Source: the human T2T-CHM13v2.0 reference genome, Homo sapiens. Taken from it: a stretch of DNA of 64,000 nucleotides. A program made the position numbers and the translations under genes. The stretch lies in NCBI RefSeq assembly GCF_009914755.1, contig NC_060944.1, one strand, 5' to 3'. This document shows, in pieces, positions 57,964 through 64,000 of this stretch; position 1 is the stretch's first letter; every line of letters starts with the position of its first letter. Below the pieces are notes generated by a model that saw only the letters and a list, made by a program, of their open reading frames with translations, was not told where the DNA came from and searched no databases.

Positions 57964-60900
57964 GCCTTCCAAGTAAAGCAAGTGGCAAGGCCATGTTAAT
58001 AAGAGAGAAAAAACGAGGCATGGGGAAAATGCCTGGATAGAGAGACACACAGATGCAGATACCTGCAATGTTGGTCTTATGGAAACCGTCAGATGCAATG
58101 GGAGGCTACTTGCCATAGTCTGGAGCTACAGAGAAAAGCAGGCTGCAGATGGCAAGGTGGAGCCATCGTGGGAGGAGTTGCTTGTAGACAGGACGCTTAA
58201 CCAGCTATTCTTAAAATGTTGCATTCTTCCATTTTAATCTCACTCATTATTGAATCATTAGCAATGATTTATATGACATTGACTTTTTTCAGAAATCTTG
58301 ACTAACTCTTTGACAAGAGATTAATAAAGAGTGGGACTTCAGATGTCAAGTTTTTATGAGCAAAAGTGTCCAAGGCCATCTCTAGATGGGTATTCTTGGC
58401 TGTATTCACCACGCTCTCCAGAGACTGAAAAGCAATTGTTTAGCTGGGTAGAGGAGCTGAGCTGAATTAAATTGACCTGCATGATACAGAAAGTAGCACT
58501 GAGCACATTTAACTAAGGAGTCTTTGAAAGAAATCTATTTTATCGTAGCTGACTGCTGAAATTATTTTAAGGAAGTGATTATCAATCTAATAATTTAAAA
58601 CGCATGAATGATGTCAGCATCCAAAATTAAGGCAGACTGGGAGAACAACGTGCCTGCTCTCGAGTAAAAAGCTAAATGCATCTTTATTTCTTTCTGCTTT
58701 TTTTCCTCTTTTCAGAAACATGAATTTGACTGCTTTCAAAAGCCAATTGTTATGCCTACATCCTGAAAAGGGAGAGGAAATTTCCATTTATAGTAGAATA
58801 CCAGCAGCCTCACTTAATCCAGATACACATATACCTAAAAGCACTTTTGTTCCAAATATAATTATTACTCTGCGGGAAAATCTGGTATGAATCTCTTGGT
58901 TTGGTGGAGTTTTAAGCCTGTCTTTAATTTAAAATAACTTTATTAGAACCCCTAGAGATGAGAGTGGACACAGTAGGGAAAGGTAGTTATCATGATGAGA
59001 AAACCAGGGATGCTGGAATTCCTTCATTGCAGGCTTCTGGCTGGAGTTATTAACTCAGCTATGGAGTCTGAGCGCTCTCACCACTTGGGTAATGAATGAA
59101 TAAATGAGTGTTTAAAAGCCCTCTGAGCCTGCTAGGCCTGCCCCAGTGTGCATATATGACTCTCAGAGCATTGTGGCCATGGTCCGAGCAAAGCTAAATC
59201 CTTTCGTGAAAAGGTTCCCTCTCATGGGCTTCTGCCAAAGCCAGTGTTCGCTAGGAAAGGCAGCAATTTTTTTTCTCCTCTTCAAAGGGACCTTTATGTA
59301 CTAACTCACTCCCACCTACTGTGCATGTAAATTATTCATCAGTGATATGGCCTCTATTTATGACTTTGATCCTTTCCTTCCCCCGGATGCCCGAGGAGCA
59401 TGATAAGACGGGTGAGTTATCGGAGTGGCTTTGATCTCCTGCTCGCAAATGGTATTTTGTGGTGGAACATCTGAGCCCCCTCTGTAGCTGCAGGGTGGGT
59501 CGAAGCTGAGCAGAGTTTGGGGTTTGTAAGATGTCCATCTCCTAGCATTAAACCGTCTTCGGGACAAAATGGGATGGGACAGAAACGAGCCTATTTCTCC
59601 CCCAAAGGAGCAACTATTCACACACAATGATTCACAGGCACCCACAACTGCTCTCGCAGCAGGCAGGACAGTGCCATGATAACTCGAAGGTGCAATTCTC
59701 ATCCAGAACTTCTTTCAAAAGAATCACACCACCTAGGCCTCATGCAATGGTGTTCCAGGATAAATAAGTCACTTGGGGAGAAAACAATAGAATCATGAGG
59801 GATGGGACCCTCAAAATTGTTTGCTCCATCTCACATGGTAAAAATAAGCTTTTCCTTGTAAAAGGGGGTAAAATGTAGGGCATACAGAATGCTGGAAGGA
59901 GGAGGGAACCTCCACACTTCTCAGAGCCCTGAGATGATCGTTCCCCGCAGTTTGTCATCAAACTATTAGTGACTGCCGATTGTGTCTGGCATTGAATCTT
60001 CGGCGCGCTCACAGTATAGAGACCAAGGACGGTGGACTCTCTTTCATAATGGCAGTGTAAACCACTTTGCATTAAGTAGGAATAATAACCTTTTTTTAAA
60101 GAATGTGTCAAAATAATTACATTTCTTGTTGCTTTCCTTTCTTCCACATCACATGAGCAAGCACATCAGCCTCACTTGAACAGATGAAAGAAGGACGTTT
60201 TTTCAGTGAGGGCTGTTCTAAGAGGAACACAGGACCAACAGTGAGAGGGCCTCCATTCCGTCATGGCTGACTGGGATTTTAGGCACTGCATGAGCTAATT
60301 CTAGCCAACATTGTGGATTTGGTTATACCTCTTCTTTCTCAGGTGACTAGGAAGCCATACTGTCAGGAATATTTGCCCTGCGAATGTCCCGTATGATGTC
60401 TGCAATGTTGCAGATACTCCTGCCACTAGCAAATTCCCTCTACTGTGTTATTTTTCCTTTACTAAAGGTGATATCCTCCGAAACATTCACTCTTTAACTC
60501 AGAAGCCGAACTTTAAAAGGGGACTTAGTAGTAGCTCGGATGTAGGTTTCATTATTTTGTGAAGAATTTTGTTCAAATGCATTTGAAAATCATTTTTAGA
60601 ATTTCAGAATAAAGTCCATTCATGTTTTTCAATGGTGCATTCACAATACAACAGATTTGAGCTTGGTGTGGCCTGTTTTGATGCAGGTTACCTGGTTGGC
60701 TTAGTTTAAAATTGATATCACAAGTGCCTTAAAGCGCATTTCATCAAATGTTTATATCTAATGAGATATTTAGGGGACAGATCATTTTTTATATCTTGAA
60801 TGGCCTGGTGTACAAAAATCACCTCATCTTCATAAGGAAGGAGAATCATTCTAATTTGCTAAAGGGGGAACAAATTATTGATATCTTCTCATGTTTTCTA

Positions 60901-60979
60901 ATAGTATGTTAGCAATAAATAGCCTTGATGTTCCAGAAAGCAAAAATCTCTGAGCTGAGGGAAAACAATTCTACCCTGC

Positions 60980-60983
60980 CGCG

Positions 60984-61015
<32 letters not shown>

Positions 61016-61052
61016 CACACTCACTCACACACACTCTCTCACGCTCACATGC
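60980..61052. repeat. (CG)6-(CA)n alternating purine-pyrimidine tract
   Basis: cgcgcgcgcgcgcacacacac..., uninterrupted alternation at 60980-61014. Confidence 0.93.
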
Positions 61053-61599
61053 ACCTTCAGTTTTTCCCTTGCTGTCCCCCCATATGGGAGGAAGAGAAGA
61101 TGTCTCCAGAAGTGTGAGCAGAGTAAGTAAACATGGAGAGTTTGTGATGCTTTGGTGACAATTACCTCTCCTTTCTGCTTCTGGCTGCTGTGGTTCCAGA
61201 TGGTGGAAACGTTCCGTCCGATTCTTCCCTCATATTGTGCGTGCTCAAGCCACAATACCTAGAATCCTGAGCATTGTAAGTGTTTAGTAAACACCTGCTT
61301 CCAAACAGTGGGTAGATATCTCCAAGATGTGCCCACAGCCCCTGCCCAGCCCCCTTTCTCTGCCCTCCTGGGGAGCCTGATTCTATGGGCAGCGCCTGGC
61401 GTTTGTTTGCTTGAAAGCCCTGACTGATGGGGTTAGACAATTATGACCTTGGTTCCTAAAGAGCAAAGTGCTTGCTTGGAATGTTGAATTCCGTGCTGGG
61501 GCAGGGGGCCTTAGATAATGAGTGAAATACCTCGGTCCCTTCATCCCCACCACCACTACCCACCTCTTCCCAGTCTCAGAAAAATGCCTCCCACAGCCA

Positions 61600-62220
61600 G
61601 CTTCCACAGGGCGACTGCATCGAGTTTTCATCCTGTCCGCCTTGTTAGACTACACGCGCGGTGGGGGCATCGGATGATGCAGCGTGGCTGCTGTCGTTTT
61701 GGCAATGCTGTTGCCGGGGGGCAGGCCCCTGGCCCCCAGCTTGGATTCGCAGACCCCACGGGGCCGCCTTGGATGTGCAGACACAGCAGCGCGTGCGCGC
61801 TCAGCGGGCAGAGCTTTGTGCCCCGGGCCTCCTGGGACGAGGCTGCAAACCTTCAGATCCCAGCACAGACCCCCCGGCTTCCCTCTGCCCGCAAACTTCT
61901 CCTAATTAAGCCAGTCCATCTAATTACGGGGTGTTCCATCAAATATTTCTCCAGATGCTTCCGATGCAGCCTGCGGGCGCTGGTCAAAGCTGGCGAGGCT
62001 TGTGATCAGGGCTGCCGGCCCTGCGAGGGCCGCGCGCGTTCCCCTCTCTCCTGGACGTGCCTGTCTCCAATACTGCACAATCCGCCCTCACTCATTTGCT
62101 CCGTTGCCTGTCGAAAGCACAGAGCGTAATTACTAAAGTTAAGAAAACATCCCTGTAATTAGCCAGGCAACTCTAAGCACAAGAAATGGAAATTAGTCAC
62201 AGTACCATAAATTAGTTTGT
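61600..62220. promoter_or_regulatory. Small non-repeat CpG island with homeodomain-site cluster
   Basis: 38 CpG counted by eye in 61611-62126; GC-rich; TAATTA at 61903, 61921, 62127, 62156. Confidence 0.7.
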
Positions 62221-63599
62221 GCATACATTACGTTCAAGGATCGCCCTTGGGGCCCTGTGTTTGCAGTCTTTGGCGAGCAACCCCCCGTATCTCAATAAAG
62301 CATTCCTTCCCGGGTGAGTATGTCGCAAGAAGGGGAGTTTGGCTTGGATTACAAATTTTTTAATTCTTTCGTAGACAGCAGCCAGAATAAAGTCTAATAT
62401 TCCGGCTGGGGAAACAGACACAAGCAAACAGTGATTTTTTTTTTTCCTGTTGATTTTATTTTCCTTTGTGGGCATCTGTTAACCTAGGGCCATCAAGGTG
62501 TCTCCAAACAGTGGGCTCATCAATTGCATTGTTTCACTCATTAGGAGCAGTAGTTATAAACTCTTTAAATAACCCTGATTTTCAACTATTTTCACAGTCA
62601 CTCCTCTTGCTAGCAAAAGCCAGGAAATTGGACTCAGCTACACACAACATAGCATTTGCATCAAAATAATACAGCAGGCAACAGCAAGCCACAATCACAT
62701 CACTCAGAAGGAAGGAATAGAATACAAATTAAAGGAAGAATGTAAATTTTTTGCCATTAAGCTTCAATGACCATTTGAAATGGTGGAAGGCACAAAGGTT
62801 CTTGATGAGCGTCATCTAGTTTGATTATTCATACTTGTGTTTCTGCTTGAATTAAAGCAGGAGTGCTAGAGCCCGTTAAGGGAAAATATTTGAATTGATA
62901 GTGAACTCTCACCTTGCCGTGCATCCATTTACTTTTCAAATGAATACCAGATAAGTTAGTGCATTTTCTAATCGGCCTGTTTTCCAGTGAGTGCTGTCAT
63001 TACATACCAATTTCTTTTAGAAGTGCTTGCTAAGAAACATTAACTACTCACAAATAAGGAGCTGTCTGTCACAGACTGAGGTCTTAAGCTCACTGGCTCA
63101 TTTCTGCCAGGATAGTTGAGGGCTGTAGAGTCCACAGTTGCCTGGCCTGTCTAAGCTTCAGTCTTTTCCCTACTTCCCAAGCCAGTCCTTAAACATAGGC
63201 AAGGATTTTGCCACCTGCCATGTTTCCAGAACCAGGTGGCATTTGCTCTAGTAATAGCCCAAACCAGCTTACCATTGAGTAAATATGTTATTGTGTGCAG
63301 GTGACCTGGGTCCACCCCCTGCTCTGATCCTAACTGCTGACCCAGACTTCAGATTCAAAGCTGACTGAGGACAGTGTATCATTTATTCCTGAACACCAGC
63401 TCCACAACTAGTAGGTACATTGACTCAACATAGAGAAAACGGGAAATGTAAAGTCTGAGGGTTGTGTGTTTGGGAGAGGTGGGGTGGGGGTGTCTCATTT
63501 TTAAAATACACGTTCAAGTTTTGGACAAGGGCACATAAGCAGAAACTGCTCCTCCTGAGTGGGGAAAGCACCAGAACATTGCTACTCCTCAAGAAGAGA

Positions 63600-63622
63600 C
63601 TATATATATATATATATATATA
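63600..63622. repeat. (TA)n microsatellite
   Basis: Seen directly. Confidence 0.95.
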
Positions 63623-64000
63623 TTTGCGCTTAATCAGGGAGAAAGAAAAAGAAGGCACTTACTACCTGGGTCTACATTTGGCATCATAAAGAGTTTCTTT
63701 GGGTTACCCCTCCTGTTGAATGTTACTGGTTACACATTTGTTAAAATGTGTCCATTTTTTTAATCCAAAAATTTACTTTCAGGAGTAATCATGGGTAAAA
63801 TATAGGGCATACCTAAGGGAGTGAAGTATCGCTCACCAACCTTGAGTGACCTTGCTTCCACATGATTTTGTTTTGCAAATTCTGGTCTGTTCATTGACAG
63901 AACAACAACCACATTGATGTGAGCTCCTCATACATCTTCAGCCAAGGCACACAGAAAAAGGAAATGCCTGACAAACAACCCTTCTGAGTGAAGAATGATG

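Noticed and set aside
57357-58040. 227 aa ORF
   Set aside because: Runs through an LTR16-like element; no recognisable protein
61518-62129. 203 aa ORF
   Set aside because: Stop-codon scarcity of a CpG island; no recognisable domain

Overview
Primate (human-like) non-coding genomic DNA, gene-desert or large-intron type. No credible protein-coding gene, RNA gene or CRISPR array is present; the listed ORFs are Alu/L1/LTR-derived or chance. Much of the window is interspersed repeat: 15 Alu/FLAM/FRAM elements, L1PB/L1M fragments, L2, MIR, many MaLR (MLT1, MST) and ERVL (MLT2A, LTR16/33/41-like, MER21) LTRs, and DNA transposons MER3, MER47A, MER94 and MADE2. A degraded ERVL provirus (about 20.4-24.1 kb, minus strand) still shows protease, RNase H, integrase and dUTPase motifs. 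Three repeat-poor blocks (about 7.3-14.0, 33.8-35.4 and 58.2-63.0 kb) resemble conserved developmental enhancer clusters; the last contains a small orphan CpG island with clustered TAATTA sites and a Z-DNA-type tract. The most unusual structure is at 46.5-47.6 kb: an L1PB 3' end bracketed by a ~90 bp direct repeat, plus an inverted copy of a neighbouring ~55 bp flank around a TA-rich expansion. I could not identify the locus and found no convincing new biological system. Repeat subfamily names and boundaries are by-eye calls from recalled consensus sequences and are approximate.
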